64,000 nt of DNA from Octopus sinensis (GCF_006345805.1 NC_043017.1:34055080-34119079); one strand, 5' to 3'. Positions 50,356 through 63,465 are shown, counted from the stretch's first letter. Notes: generated by a model from the sequence alone, not told the origin. Numbers and translations are program-made.

Positions 50356-50556
50356 TAACGGGAAGGTTTACGAAAATAAACAAAAGACGAAGGCAGGTGG
50401 AGTACAAACAAACAAATGTATTAGAATGGCGCTCAGGAATAGAAATAGAACAAGTCTTTTACGTTTCGAGCCTACGCTCTTCGACAGAAAGATACACAGA
50501 AAAAAAAACAAGGAGCGAAAAAAATGCGTGTAGGAGCTAACGATCTATCATGGCGT
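50356..50556 (-). mobile_element. PLE-like short element (copy of 6277-6470)
   Basis: Colinear; adjacent to (TA)n(TG)n. Confidence 0.7.
50456..50491 (-). ncRNA. Minimal hammerhead-like motif, core CUGUCGA (A6U)
   Basis: Reverse complement: CTTT-CTGTCGA-A-GAGC gtag GCTC-GAAA-CG-TA-AAAG. Confidence 0.55.
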
Positions 50557-50570
50557 TCTGTATATATATA

Positions 50571-50773
50571 CAGGTAACATCCGGTGTGGTGTCAGGGGCG
50601 GCTCGTGCCTTCCTCCTTCGTCTATTGTCTTTAAGTGCGTCTCTTCTTTGTTCCTCAAACTTTCTGACTGCGTTGAAGATCGTGTGGCGCCAGACATCAC
50701 GGTCCGCAGCCAAGTCTGACCAGCATTGGTGGTTAATATGACATGCTGTTAGAGACTTCTTGAGGCAGTCTTC
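50571..50773 (-). mobile_element. RTE (BovB-like) LINE, C-terminal segment
   Basis: EDCLKKSLTACHINHQCWSDLAADRDVWRHTI...FEEQRR...RRRRKAR. Confidence 0.88.
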
Positions 50774-51340
50774 AGTGCTAACCGTACCGTACAGGACGCT
50801 GCCATCTTTCGCATTCCTCAACTTCCACTCAAAGAGGAGCTCAACAAACCACCCACCCTCGGAGAAACGATTGAAGCCATAGGACAACTCAAGAGTCGCA
50901 AAGCAGCAGGAGTTGACGGCATCCCACCAGAAATCTGGAAGAATGGAGGTCCGATGCTCCATGATAAGCTCCATGATTTTCTTGTCTGCTGCTGGGAGCA
51001 GAGCAAGCTGCCACAGGATCTTCGCGACGCCGTCATCATAACCCTGTACAAGAACAAGGGTGAAAAGTCTGACTGCTCCAACTGCCAGGGAATCACCCTA
51101 CTCTCCATCGCCGGCAAAGTACTTGCCAGGATCCTGCTCAATAGGTTAGTACCAACCATCGCTGATGAAAACCTCCCTGAGAGCCAGTGTTGCTTCAGAG
51201 CCGACAGAGGCACAATGGATATGGTGTTCGTCCTCCGCCAACTCCAGGAGAAGTGCCGAGAACAAAACAGCGGACTCTTTGCTACTTTCGTCGACCTTAC
51301 AAAAGCATTTAACACAGTGAGCAGGACAGGACTATGGCTC
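50768..51340 (+). mobile_element. RTE (BovB-like) LINE, RT N-terminal segment, inverted relative to its 3' end
   Basis: Open frame FSANRTVQDAAIFRIPQ...KAAGVDGIPPEIWK...GITLLSIAGKVLARIL...FVDLTKAFNTVSRTGLW. Confidence 0.92.
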
Positions 51341-51687
51341 ATATATATATATTATTCGGAACCCTTGGTTAAAATATTTGATGTGTTGTAAAAGAATAAC
51401 CAATTTATTGGACATAAATTTTATTAACGAAGTCTTATAAGGATCCCCAAGGGTCATATGCATCCCGGTTGAGAACCAGCGCAAATCATTCACAGATATA
51501 GGGACCACAACTAAGAAACGTAGCAACAATTAAGATATTAGAAGATGCGATCTTTAGAGAAAGAAATGAAATTTGATTGTCGAATGTATTTTTAAAAGTA
51601 TTGAGAAATTTGATCATGAGTGTATTTAGATGTTCAACTGGGGATTTATCTATCATTAATAATTCATAACGCATGGCGTAAAAGCCT

Positions 51688-51970
51688 ACATACATACATA
51701 CATACATACATACATACATACATACATACATACAAACATACATACATACACACATACATACTTACATATATAGATGCATACATACATACATACAAACATA
51801 CATACATACATACATACATACACACATACATACATACATACATATATGTGTGTGTGTGTATGTATGTATGCATGTATGTATGTATGTATGTATGTATGTA
51901 TGTATGTATGTGTATGTATGTATGTATGTATGTATGAGTGTATGGATATATATATATAGATATATATATA
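51688..51970. repeat. (TACA)n/(TGTA)n compound microsatellite
   Basis: Direct reading. Confidence 0.95.
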
Positions 51971-52937
51971 GATATGCAAAAGTGCACATTGACACAACTT
52001 TCACGTAGTTTGAGTTTTACATTTAAATGATGTATCTTGTAAAGATATATCAGTTATGCAACAGGAAGTCCTTATTACGAATACTGAGATGACGAAGATA
52101 AAGAAGAAATCGTTGATTTGATGCATGTGTGAAGATAAATTCAAATGCATGAAATATATTTGATTGCATATGTAAGCCACGATGAGATATGCGATGATAA
52201 TTCATCTAGATATGCAAAGATAAAACAAACTAGCTGTAAGGCAAATATATTAAATTAAAATAAATAAATTAAAGTGTAATTCAATTATGATAATTGCAGC
52301 ATTTTAGGATCTTCAGAAAATGAAATTCCCTTGTAAAAATACCACAAAATACAACAATATGTGTTAAAGAAAACGTTAATGTGATGAGAAATTGAGAAGA
52401 CGATTGAATGAATCTATACTGTAAGGTAATAACTTTAGTTTCAAAAGCCTATAAGAAAACGTTCTTCATTCATAAACCTGTGTATGATGAACAGTCACAA
52501 CACGACAAAGAGAAGGGAAATATATAAAGAACACGAAAAACAAAATCCAAAAGTAAAACCAGCAATGTGCTAGTGCCAAAAACTTCTCCTTTACAACTCT
52601 CTATGCCGGAAATATCTCTTGGAAATTACATTGCAAATATTTCGCTTTATCCACTCAAATGCAAAGATTATCATTTTTTTGTTTAAATTGAAGTTCGGTT
52701 AAGCAATATTGACAACTTAGCTTGTTTTCTGCTATTAAAATATTTCAAGTAGGTGTAAGCATAAGGATGCCTTAAATTATTTCAGTTTCTCTAGGCCGTT
52801 TCCCTAAATCTTTTCTTTTTGGATCCTTCAAACTACTCGGCATCAATTCTTAAACTACTTTTCAACAACCGCTGTCTAATTATATGCAACATGAAATATT
52901 CTTTCGAACAACGGAAGACACAAATGGAAAACAAAAC

Positions 52938-53468
52938 AAACAACATAAACAACGACCTTTCATCAGTTGTTGGCTGTTTTCCTAGTCCCGTACTTCGAGC
53001 ATTTAAAACTATATACTCTTTCGATAAAACTGTTGCTCCCGCAAAGCAAATTAGATAAAATTTTGTGATTTTGCAGAGGGTCAAAATTGGTAACACAAAC
53101 AGGACAGAGAAAACAAGCAAGAAGAGTTGCTAAGCCTAAACGAGGTTGTGGTGGCGAACGCGTAAATCAAGCTAGGACAGGAGACAAACAAGAAAGACGG
53201 CCGATGAGCACGTAGGAGCCACATGAGCAAGAAAGGAGGAGTGAGGGAGAGAAAGTGACAGAGTAATAGGATAAAATAGTGGGAGAAGAGGAGGTAAAAG
53301 AATAAGAGAGAGAAAAACGAAAGAATAAAAAGATCGTATAATGTGTGCATTAGAATTATTAAGATAAAGCTTACTTGAAAGAGGATGCGTGGTGTACATG
53401 TTATATTATCGAAATACGAGACTAGAAAACAGCCAACAACTGATGAAGGGTGGTTCTTTATGTTATTT
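52938..53468. repeat. Diverged inverted repeat (about 60 bp; 52938-52998 / 53409-53468), each arm with GAA(A/G)...CTGATGA
   Basis: TCGAA.TACG.GACTAG.AAAACAGCCAACAACTGATGAA.GGT.GTT.TTTATGTT on opposite strands. Confidence 0.8.
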
Positions 53469-53689
53469 ACCACATTGGTAGGGGCTGAAAGCGAGGGAAG
53501 TGAACAAAACATGCGAATATGAAACAAGAAATATGAAACAAGAAAACAAATTCTGAATAAAAACGGAAAAATAAAAAAAAAGGAAAGAAAGGAAACTAGG
53601 ATTCCAATCCACTTTGTCCATCGAAATTGTAATTAAACTAGTTGGTGCAGTATAATTCAACGAGACGGGGGACAAAGTTTGCAAGACAG

Positions 53690-53990
53690 CTGCTCAACCG
53701 AAGAATGGTATCATCCAACTCAACAAAAGAAATTTGTCAATGCACTTGCAATTGCTAAAAATTTCAGATCTGGAATTGAGTCGTGAAGTGGGATTCTTGG
53801 ATCTAAAATGATATACCGCTGCATATAGCTTGCATCCATTTAATCCATTTACATATGACAGAGATATCTCCTCGATATTCCACACCACTTCGCATCCCAT
53901 ACATGACTAGTCGACTTAGTGGGTTTATCTTTGTCGATGTGTTGGATGTGATAGTTTGCATATTGTTTTTTAAAACTGCCTTTGTATACA
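53690..53990 (-). pseudogene. Penelope-like GIY-YIG endonuclease C-terminal remnant
   Basis: WNIEEISLSY...CKLY...RLNSRSEIFSNCKCIDKFLL matches the PLE W.I....Y...C.LC...LN.RSE...CRH..K..L pattern. Confidence 0.75.
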
Positions 53991-54442
53991 ACTAGCAGTG
54001 TAACTGACGACTCCCTAAAGCCTGTCCACTCGGTAAGAGGGCTTGTTTTATAAACTCAGTTCGTTTAGGAAATTGAGGTCACAGCATTGTTAAAAAAAAC
54101 GTGATCGGAAAGAAAAATTTCGACAGCAAATACGAACACATGCATTAATGTGTGCTCAGCATCATATAGTAAAATTTTAATCCCACAAAATAATGCAAAT
54201 AAAGAAAGCTGACTCTTCAGATCACCAGACCATCGTGGATGCATCAGCATTTCAACGCCGGGTTTTATTTTTTGATGTAACCATGATTTTCTAATAATCT
54301 GATGAGCTAGTTTTCTTTATTTGCCTTAATTTGCAAATATACAATTATATTGTATAATGTTGAATACGCATTAATGCAAACATGTATTCATAATTTCATG
54401 TATACTGAAATTAATACTACACGAAGAAGTTTACGAAACGGT

Positions 54443-54590
54443 GACAACCGGTGTTGTTGAGTACACGTCCCGTAACGCAGCGGTTCAGCAAAAGACACCG
54501 ACAGAATAAGTACTGGGGTCAATTCACTCGACTAAAGTTTTTTGTGTTGCCCTAATATGGCCGCTGTCCAATGACTAAAATAAGTAAAAG
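54443..54590 (+). mobile_element. SINE family A, diverged 3' half
   Basis: GCGGTTCAGCAAAAGACACCGACAGAATAAGTACTGGGGTC...GACTAAAATAAGTAAAAG. Confidence 0.7.
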
Positions 54591-54745
54591 TTATATAAAG
54601 GCTATATTTCTTTAACTCTGAATTATGATTAAAAAATGTATTACTCATCAACCTTCATGCAACATAGAAGTTAACGAACACGGAAGCTAATGGAAAAATT
54701 GAATTACTTAGCACAGCAAGATTTTCGAGTACGCAAGATTCCTGT

Positions 54746-54808
<63 letters not shown>

Positions 54809-55084
54809 CTGCTAATATGAAACATTATGTGTGAAATTTATTATAGGCTGCATTCTTAAGACTTTCACTCCAACCTTTATTCTTCCAGATTCGAACCTAC
54901 CGCAAGATACGCTGAGGAAATATTACCTTTGAATGTCTTATATGCTATAAGCGGATTTGGTACATCAAAATCTGTTCAGAACCAATTCGTACGCATGTGT
55001 GTACGTGTATGTGTATTTATGTATGAATGTATGTGAGTGTGTACACGTATATTTATATATGTATATATGCATGTGTCTGATTAC

Positions 55085-55158
<74 letters not shown>

Positions 55159-55181
55159 ATACATACATATATATATGCATG

Positions 55182-55212
<31 letters not shown>

Positions 55213-55735
55213 GTATATATGTGTGTGGGTGGGGTGTATGATATGTTTATAAATGCACACACATGCGTGTGCGTGAATTTACATGCGGAAACACGTAATT
55301 AGATATTTGGAGAAATAGTGCTTTGCATAAATATACTGCTACGTACATAAATATCGAATTTAAAGTATCCTTTTAGCTGTTATTTCATTACAATTTCCAT
55401 GAATTCTAATTGTATTTCTGATAATCGTAATTACGATGAATATTTTATTATGTACGCGTAACCATTTCTCTATGAATTCTACAAATTCTTCAAATTGTAA
55501 TACTTTCCAATTTTGACAGATCCAGTTAATGTGGAATTAGTATTAATCATTCTTAGTTTGTAGCACTTGACGTTTAGTTGCCAGAATTCTCCCCTCCCCC
55601 ACCCCGCAGTTGTTTTTCATTATTTAAGTTGTAATATAATGCATGTTAGAATTGTTAGTTCAGGAAAATAATGCAGTTCTATATTTAAGAGATGAGGAAT
55701 TATGTAAAGAATTATGAAAGAAGGACAGTTGTAAA

Positions 55736-56150
55736 TATAGTCGAGCTAACGGTTCCTCATTGAAGATAATATGGACGCCGCTCGGGCTCTAGAATTTAAC
55801 CGTTTTGTATACCTCCTCGAGGAATGTGAAGACGCAGGCTGGAAAGCGGAACATCTTCCAATCGAAGTCAGATGTAGAGGGTTCGTTGGACACAGTGTGA
55901 GACGACTGTTGTTATCGCTAGGCCTAACTCATCGTAAAGTTAATACCACCATGACCGATATCCAATCTACAGTGGAGAAGGCTACCCACTGGATTTGGTT
56001 AAAAAGAGACGATGAGCGATGGCTAGAAGGATATTGAGCTTTATGTGATAACCAGCTGATCTAGCAAGCGGGGCCTCATATCAGTGAGGGTGGCCCTGAA
56101 ACGGCGCGCATTCTCTCCTGATGACCCCATACACTTGCTTCTACCGGTAT
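55736..56150 (+). mobile_element. REL-endonuclease (HERO/R2-group-like) LINE 3' end
   Basis: IVELTVP/EDNMDAAR...GWKAEHLPIEVRCRGFVGHS...WIWLKRDDERW. Confidence 0.75.
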
Positions 56151-56201
56151 ACGGAGTTATTGACTGGTAGCACTTGCATGTGCAAGTTGTTTGCAAGACA
56201 T

Positions 56202-56327
56202 CATTATTTACATTATTTACAATTGACGGATATGATGAAGGCTGGACGGTATATCAGCCGAAACGTTGAGTTAACAACAAACAAAATGAGGACAAATATC
56301 CGTCACTTGTAAATAATGTAAATAATG
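56202..56327 (+). mobile_element. Miniature PLE-like insertion: HHR flanked by 31-bp inverted repeats (56202-56232 / 56297-56327)
   Basis: CATTATTTACATTATTTACAA(T/G)TGACGGATA on both ends. Confidence 0.8.
56233..56272 (+). ncRNA. Hammerhead truncated at C3 by the inversion junction
   Basis: (A)TGATGA-A-GGCTG...CAGCC-GAAA-CG-TT; stem I 5' strand lost. Confidence 0.6.
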
Positions 56328-56574
56328 TAGAATAATAATGTTTCTCAAATGAATAAAAATACATATATATAATCGTATATATACTTTCCTCTGAGATATC
56401 CTGGTGAAGGAATTATTAACGCTGGCCTTTATAATATAATTACTTGTCAACAACATACATAATTGTTGTGTAGACTAATTTTACAACAATGGCTACGCAC
56501 AATGCTTTGAATGAGCAGAATTAGTGTAAACATTACACAACAAAAACATAGTGTGAATATTTACATTTCTACGA

Positions 56575-57800
56575 AACACCCATGTTTCCAGAGGTAAATT
56601 ATTCAAACTCCAAAGAATTCCTCTCAACACATGACTTTAATGCTCCCCCACTACTTCTGCTCGTGATCAGAGATGCACATATCGTCAGCCACTAAGGGAC
56701 ATGCTCAACTGGTTATGGTCAAGCAACTGACAAGCAAATCTGTGGTATCGAGCAATAGCAGAAGATATCCATTCATTGAAGCGGGAGTGAATAAAATTGG
56801 GTAACATAGAAAATTGATGGAAGAGTGGGTAGGAGAAGATGAGTTGCGGGAGGAGGTTTGACAGAGCCTCGATTCTGATGACATGGACGGGTCTTCTCCA
56901 ACACTGCAAAACACCATTCACTTCAGTACTACATCGTCTTCTCTCATAACCTTGACATCTTAAGTTCAAACGTCACCTCTTCTTCTCACGTCTTCCTAGG
57001 CCTACATTTTCCACAGCTCTCTTCAACCACCCGCATATATGGCCCGAGCTGGCAGAGACGTTAACACGCCGGGCGAAATGCGTAGCCGTATTTCGTCTGT
57101 CGTTACGTTCTGAGTTCAAATTCCGCCGAGGTCGACTTTGCCTTTCATCCTTTCGGGGTCGATTAAATAAGTACCAGTTACGCACTGGGATCGATGTAAT
57201 CGACTTAATCTGTTCGTCTGTCCTTGTTTGTCCCCTCTGTGTTTAGCCCCTTGTGGGTAATAAAGAAACATATATGGCCATATCAAGTGCTATCTTCTCT
57301 CCTGCACACCACATCTTATGCCACTTACGCCCAATTTTTCTCTAAGGACATTTTTGTATATGCATACTGACATTGCACATCCATCGGACGTGGTTCATTT
57401 CTTTGAACTCTTCGCACGTTCTCTGCTTTCACAGGCCAAGTTTCACAACCATGTTGCAATTTGTAAACAGGTGTCGTACAGTCAGCTTTTCATTCTGAAA
57501 GAGAGGCTTTTTGTTACCAACAGAGATAAAAGTTCTCTGAACTTTCTTCAGCCAATTCATATTCTAGCAACTATACTTTCAAATTATCCTCCTCCACTGC
57601 AAGTTAGGCCGCCTAGATAACAGAAGCTATGTACTATCTGGGCATTTCAGAATATCTCTTTGCCGTGTGCCCTTGTTATTTATTGCACATATTGTGGTCT
57701 ATGCACTTGCATCGTCATTTATTTCTTCTGTGGTGTCGGGCGCGCAGCAAAACCACCAGAAGTGAGGGAGCCCTAGTTGCTGTCACAGCATCCTTCTATG
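56575..57800 (-). mobile_element. Degraded RTE-clade LINE (RT C-terminus and probable 3' UTR), interrupted by a SINE
   Basis: Decayed F.YLG, RELL.LL.TK, ETW, RWMCNVS, LREKLG and GKCRPRKT...VLEKTR motifs across frames. Confidence 0.7.
57043..57268 (+). mobile_element. SINE family B with TSD CATATATGGC
   Basis: Family consensus; direct repeat at both ends. Confidence 0.9.
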
Positions 57801-58229
57801 AAAGAGACACTCTGAAGTAAACTTGCGGCTTCACGTAGTTACTAGCCTGTCACTAGGTACTAATCACGGAAACTCAATGAGTGGTACCTGTGTACAAGCG
57901 TTTATCACTATAATCCAACGACATATACAGATATCTCTTTGTCGTGACCCCGTTTGTTCTTCCATCTGCTGAAAGTCCTATGGCAAGGAAAAAGCGGTGA
58001 TGTGTGCAGACCTAACCAGTTGGGAGAGTTCTAGAAGTTACAACTTTTGTCTGTCACCTATGTTCCAAATCATGAAGATCGGCAACAGGACTGGATAGTC
58101 AACCGTGAGGTGATGAACGGAAACTCAAAAATGCTATTAACAACGAGGAAGCACAAGAAGATAGTCATTATGCCTGAAGAAGGACCGATCACCGTATATT
58201 TATATGTGTGTGTTTGTGCATATGTGTAC

Positions 58230-58281
58230 AATACATATTTACATATATATATGTATGTATATATATATATATATATATATC

Positions 58282-58330
<49 letters not shown>

Positions 58331-58332
58331 TA

Positions 58333-58392
<60 letters not shown>

Positions 58393-58495
58393 TTATGTAT
58401 GTATGTATGTATGCATGCATGTATATATGTATGTATGTATGTATGTATATATGTATGTACGCATGTATGTATGTTTGTATGTATGTATGTATGAT
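58230..58495. repeat. (TA)n/(TGTA)n microsatellite
   Basis: Direct reading. Confidence 0.95.
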
Positions 58496-58917
58496 GTATA
58501 TAAAATGCTTTAAGTTTTCTGAGAAATATTTATTATTCAGTAGAATAACATAAAAATCGATGCACCAAATATTTGTGTGTGCTGTGTTTAATTATTTATT
58601 TATTAAACGCAACATGCATATAGAAATTGATGAAGTATTCTCACAATTTAAGCTGTAAACTCAAATAAAATAATAAGATATAAAATATAAAATATAGTAT
58701 GTAAGTATAGGATTCTTATAGCAGTTTCCAATCTTCTTTCACCATGTTTATATACCTGTATGCGTGTCTGTGTGTGTCTCCGTGTGTATCTATGTGGAAG
58801 CAAGTCACAACTTTCGTATCTGGTATGTGTGTATTTGTATGAATGGATGTGTGTATGTGTGTGTGTGTCAGTGTCTGTGTCTGCGTAGGCGCGTATATAT
58901 GCACGTTGGTATTCTAC

Positions 58918-58990
58918 CAAATTTGTTCAGACAATAAACGAGTATATATATCAAATTTGTTCTGACAATAAACGAGTATATATATCAAAT
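58918..58990. repeat. 34-bp tandem duplication
   Basis: CAAATTTGTTC(A/T)GACAATAAACGAGTATATATAT x2. Confidence 0.9.
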
Positions 58991-59819
58991 GGGAAACCAA
59001 GTTGACTAAGAACATATAATATCGTAAAACCACCACGATACACAATAACCGTCGCCAGATAAACGAACTTTTGTAACAACTGCCTTACTTTTAATGAAAA
59101 GATGAATATTCGACAAAATTATCATTTCAACTTGTTTTCCTTCTTCCCAACTCTACTCCATTCTTTTTATCACTCTCAGTGACACTTTCCTTAGTTTTTC
59201 ATATTTATCTATCAAAAATTCTTCCATTCAGGCATTAGTGGAAAGATAAAGTTGTTTTCTTTGATGCCTGGTAGCAAGTTTATGATAATTATTTCTAATG
59301 AGGTCTTAAGAAGCCAATTTTGATAATACGTTTGACCTGAACGATTGCATTGTCATTGTAATATTACTGATAACGTGTTATATCAAACGCCAGAAACGTG
59401 ACCGGGAGGTCCAAGGTGATTGTGTGATATTCCCCATGTTTCGTGTCAGTAAAACTGTTTTTCATATGTTGCTACAATAAATATTAATATTATTATCAGA
59501 GACTGCTTGTGGTACATAAACCCACTCCATAGAAAATGTATTTGTTCTTGTCAAATCAACAACCATTCAGACAGAACAAACAACTCTTCAGTGAAACAAA
59601 AACTTACTGTTGTAAATGTTAAATTTAACACTGTTTGTCACATTTAACACTGTCCTATGATCCGTATATCGCGTAAGGTATGTTTAAGTTAAACAAATGA
59701 GAAATTGTATAGAAAACAAAAAATATACAGCTAGAATAAATATCTGAACGTTTATCTATTACAGGGTACATAATTTAAGAAAATACAGGAAATTCGTCGT
59801 TTAAGATGCTATGGTCACG

Positions 59820-60092
59820 TATGTCTCTCTCTCTAGTTCTCACGTTCTCTCTTTCTCTCTTTCTCTCTTTCTCTCTCTCTCTCTCCCTCACTCCTCTCTC
59901 ACGCCCTTCCTCCTCTCTCACGCCCTTCCTCCCTCTCTTTCTCTGTCTACACATACGCATGAGCACAGATACGCACAAGCACGCACACACATGTACATAT
60001 ATATATATATGTGTGTGTATGTGTGTGTGTATACGTATGTACATATATATATATACATATATACATATATATATACATTCATATATGTATAC

Positions 60093-60188
<96 letters not shown>

Positions 60189-60196
60189 GTATATAT
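59820..60196. repeat. (CT)n then (TA)n/(TG)n low-complexity tract
   Basis: Direct reading. Confidence 0.9.
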
Positions 60197-60344
60197 AAGG
60201 ATGATATATGTAAATATACTGGGGGCAAATGATATCAACAAACTTACCACTGCCTTCAATCCAACTCTCTCTTCTTATAAGAAGAATGTCTGGTGCAACG
60301 AATAACTGCCCGATGTCGTAAGCCCTAGCGTACTGAACAATATT

Positions 60345-60549
60345 GGTTTCGAATTTTGGCACAAGGTCAGCGGGAAGGAGAAGTTCGATTGCATCGATCG
60401 TAGTGTTCAAATAGTATTTACTTTATCGGCTCCGAAAGGATGAAAGGCAAAGTGAACCTCAGCAAAATTTGAACTCAAAACGTATAGACTGACAAAATGT
60501 TGCTGAGTATTTTGATCGGCGTGCTAACGATTCTGCCAGCTCACCACCT
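60345..60549 (-). mobile_element. SINE family B variant, diverged
   Basis: CCGAAAGGATGAAAGGCAAAGT...GTGCTAACGATTCTGCCAGCTCACCACC. Confidence 0.78.
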
Positions 60550-61144
60550 TGATACTGGATAATATTAACCCAAAATTGATAAGAACGGTGCCGCCCGCCC
60601 CTGATTATATAACAATACAAATCCTTTCATTGGTTCTTCAACAAATACTAGACAAAGAAGGTTATTAATGCTTTCAGGATGGGATAGAAAATTTACTACT
60701 TTTCAGTATATAAACTCATACACCAATATACAAAAACTGTCACATACTTCTAAAGTTCTGAATCAAGTATTCTTTTCCAATCGTGGAAATGCTTACTTTT
60801 TTACAGCAACTCCGCCTGGATGAAAATAAAACCATCCGACACCATCAAAACTGCGTCCAACAATCCTAAGTAACTAACAAAGTAATTAATAAAGAACAAT
60901 GTGTCTTCAACTGTTAACACTATTTTCCAAAGTGACTGTATTCAAAGAGGCAGCCAACACATAGAATGAAACGTTCTAGGAAGAGGATAAAGCTAAGTAT
61001 AAGAATATATCGAATATAACATTAAACCAAACCTGTTAAAGATGCCAAAAGCAGACGTTTATCAATTATTTCGTTCATGAATATGACCCAAAAATCGAAA
61101 GAAACCGCACAGATAAAAATATCTTTAATCTATGTAAATTATAC

Positions 61145-61372
61145 GGCGGCGAGCTGGCAGAATTGTTATCACGCTGAAGAAAAATGCTTAGTGGCACTTC
61201 GTCCGTCTTCACATTCTGAGTTTAAATTCGACCGAGGTTGAGTTTTCCTGTCATGCTATCAGAGTCGATAAAATAAGTACTAGTTGAACACTGGAGTCGA
61301 TGTAATCGACTTATCCCCCACTCCACCGGAATTAATGACCTTGTACCAAAATTTGAAATTAATTGTATAAAT
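61145..61372 (+). mobile_element. SINE family B variant, diverged
   Basis: GGCGGCGAGCTGGCAGAAT...GTCGATAAAATAAGTAC...GTACCAAAATTTGAAA. Confidence 0.78.
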
Positions 61373-62327
61373 TCATTTTCAAAACTTCAGTAAAAATATA
61401 TTTCGTTCAACCCGCTTATAATATTATCGACCCGCTAGGGTTCTCACTGATAGCGCCTGGAATTCCGACGTCGTCTGACTGCGGCAATGTTTCTTATTCT
61501 TGACCAGAGGTGTTACATCTCCACCACAGGCCTCCAGCACTTCCCGACTCCAATCACAAAGGATTCGGATACATCTTAAAAGTTGATAATATGCGAATCA
61601 CATATCACTAACTTTTAAAATTTAGGAACTGAAACTACGAACACAGCGAGTCTTTTCTATTCTTTCATTAGATTGGAATCCGCCATGACGATGTTGCCAA
61701 TAGATGTCACAGAGAGTTTAGAAAGTTAAGATTCGGCGCATATCCCATAGTAATAATAGTGTTGGCCGTCTTCCACTTACGAACTGCTAAATTTGCGTTC
61801 ACAAATAGACAGTCCACACTAAACATATCACCAATACAATTCACACACATACACACACACATACACACAATTTCAAATGAAATATCGTAGAGATAATAAC
61901 ACAATTCTCGAAAACTACTTATACACTTATGCAGATATGATTCTGACAGTAGTGCACAACAATAAAACAAACACATGCTTCTACGCTCTTACTTATTTAC
62001 ATACAATTATCAACAATGTATAGGCACACACACATACACACAAAAAAAAATATGCAAAACACACATACAAGCAGAAAGTCGAAATATTACATGTCACTGA
62101 GAGTTTTGAGGCCGTCATTGAGTTCATATGAAAACTGAAGATTGGACAATGCTTGAGGTCACAAGAGGCCAAGAAGACCTATTGACAACAAATCAGTCAG
62201 TATGAAAATATATGGCATGTAAACTATTGAAAGCAGTTAAATATTGACTCCATGTTGCAAGTCTCTCTACGACGTATGACATTTTATATGCAAACTGGCA
62301 AGCAAGAACACTGCTTCTATATAAAAC

Positions 62328-62372
<45 letters not shown>

Positions 62373-62461
62373 GTGAAATAGAAAGATGAATAATCTTGTA
62401 GTAGATTAATCAAAAGTTTAACCGATACCTTAGTAGCAAAAATCACAGCAGTAAACATAGT

Positions 62462-62956
62462 GACGTAGTGGAAAATAGAGTAGTAAGCGGCTGCAGGTCT
62501 CGGAACGAATATAGTGACAGGAACGCAGTTCTAATTTCAGAAACTAATCCTAGCAGATTAAGATTCACGTCGGCGAACTCCAAGATCAAAAACGCCGTCT
62601 ACTAATGCAAGGTTTACACGGACTCAGATGCCTTCACTTATGTAGGGGCATCATCCTCAAGATTGTCTTTGCGTGTCTCCAACCATTACGCAACTTTTCG
62701 GGACGTGAACAAGCGCCAGACCACGGGACTCAGTAAGCTAATATGGCGACTGAAGGATGCGAACTTAAGCTATAGGCTGGAATGGTCAATTTTGTCGGTG
62801 GCCCTCCCATTTGATAGGGGCAGAAGACAGTGCAACCTTTGTGTCTCCGAACTCTTCCATATTTTGTTTGCCAGAGGCCGGATGGTAAACGGGCTCTTAC
62901 AGTCGGCTTTTCGATGCCCCCATTGGCGGCGTTACACTTATCTGGCCTTTAAATAG
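62462..62956 (+). pseudogene. Penelope-like GIY-YIG endonuclease domain, one in-frame stop
   Basis: GCRSR...NAVY*CKV...FTYVGAS...LRVSNHYATFRD..KRQTTGLSKLIWRLKD...WSILSVALPFD...CNLCVSE...CPHWRRY. Confidence 0.88.
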
Positions 62957-63465
62957 CGTTTATAAATAATACCGGCACCCATAGCCCTTGGTAACAAATT
63001 CTGAAATAGCCTTTAAGATATCTACGATTAACCACTGCAAGGGGAATTACTCCTGTAAGACAAACGGGGCTTGGTTTTCTCACAGCGGGGGGTTTCCTTG
63101 ACAAGGCAGGCTTAGATGAACACACACACACATAAAACATAATATATATATATATTTTTTTTATTTTTTTCTTTCTGCCACCCAACGGTTATCACGGCAG
63201 TAGCCACTGACAGCCGAACGATCAAACGCACACACGTACACAAAAAATGTTTTCTACCCCTACGCCAACACACACATATATAGAACAGTATACACACACA
63301 CACGTCTCTAAGTAGATTTTTTCTCGCCCCTTATAAAACATCCAATATTCCTTAAATAGTCAGAACTTTATTCTCGGTCACAAGAACATCTATACACCCT
63401 CACCCACATGATTGACCGATGCCTGACCCGTTGAATTCTTCAGCCACCGGTTCTCAACATACACT

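Noticed and set aside
58165-58200. CCTGAAGAAGG resembling the start of a PLE hammerhead
   Set aside because: GAAA and the 3' half are absent; it runs into a microsatellite.
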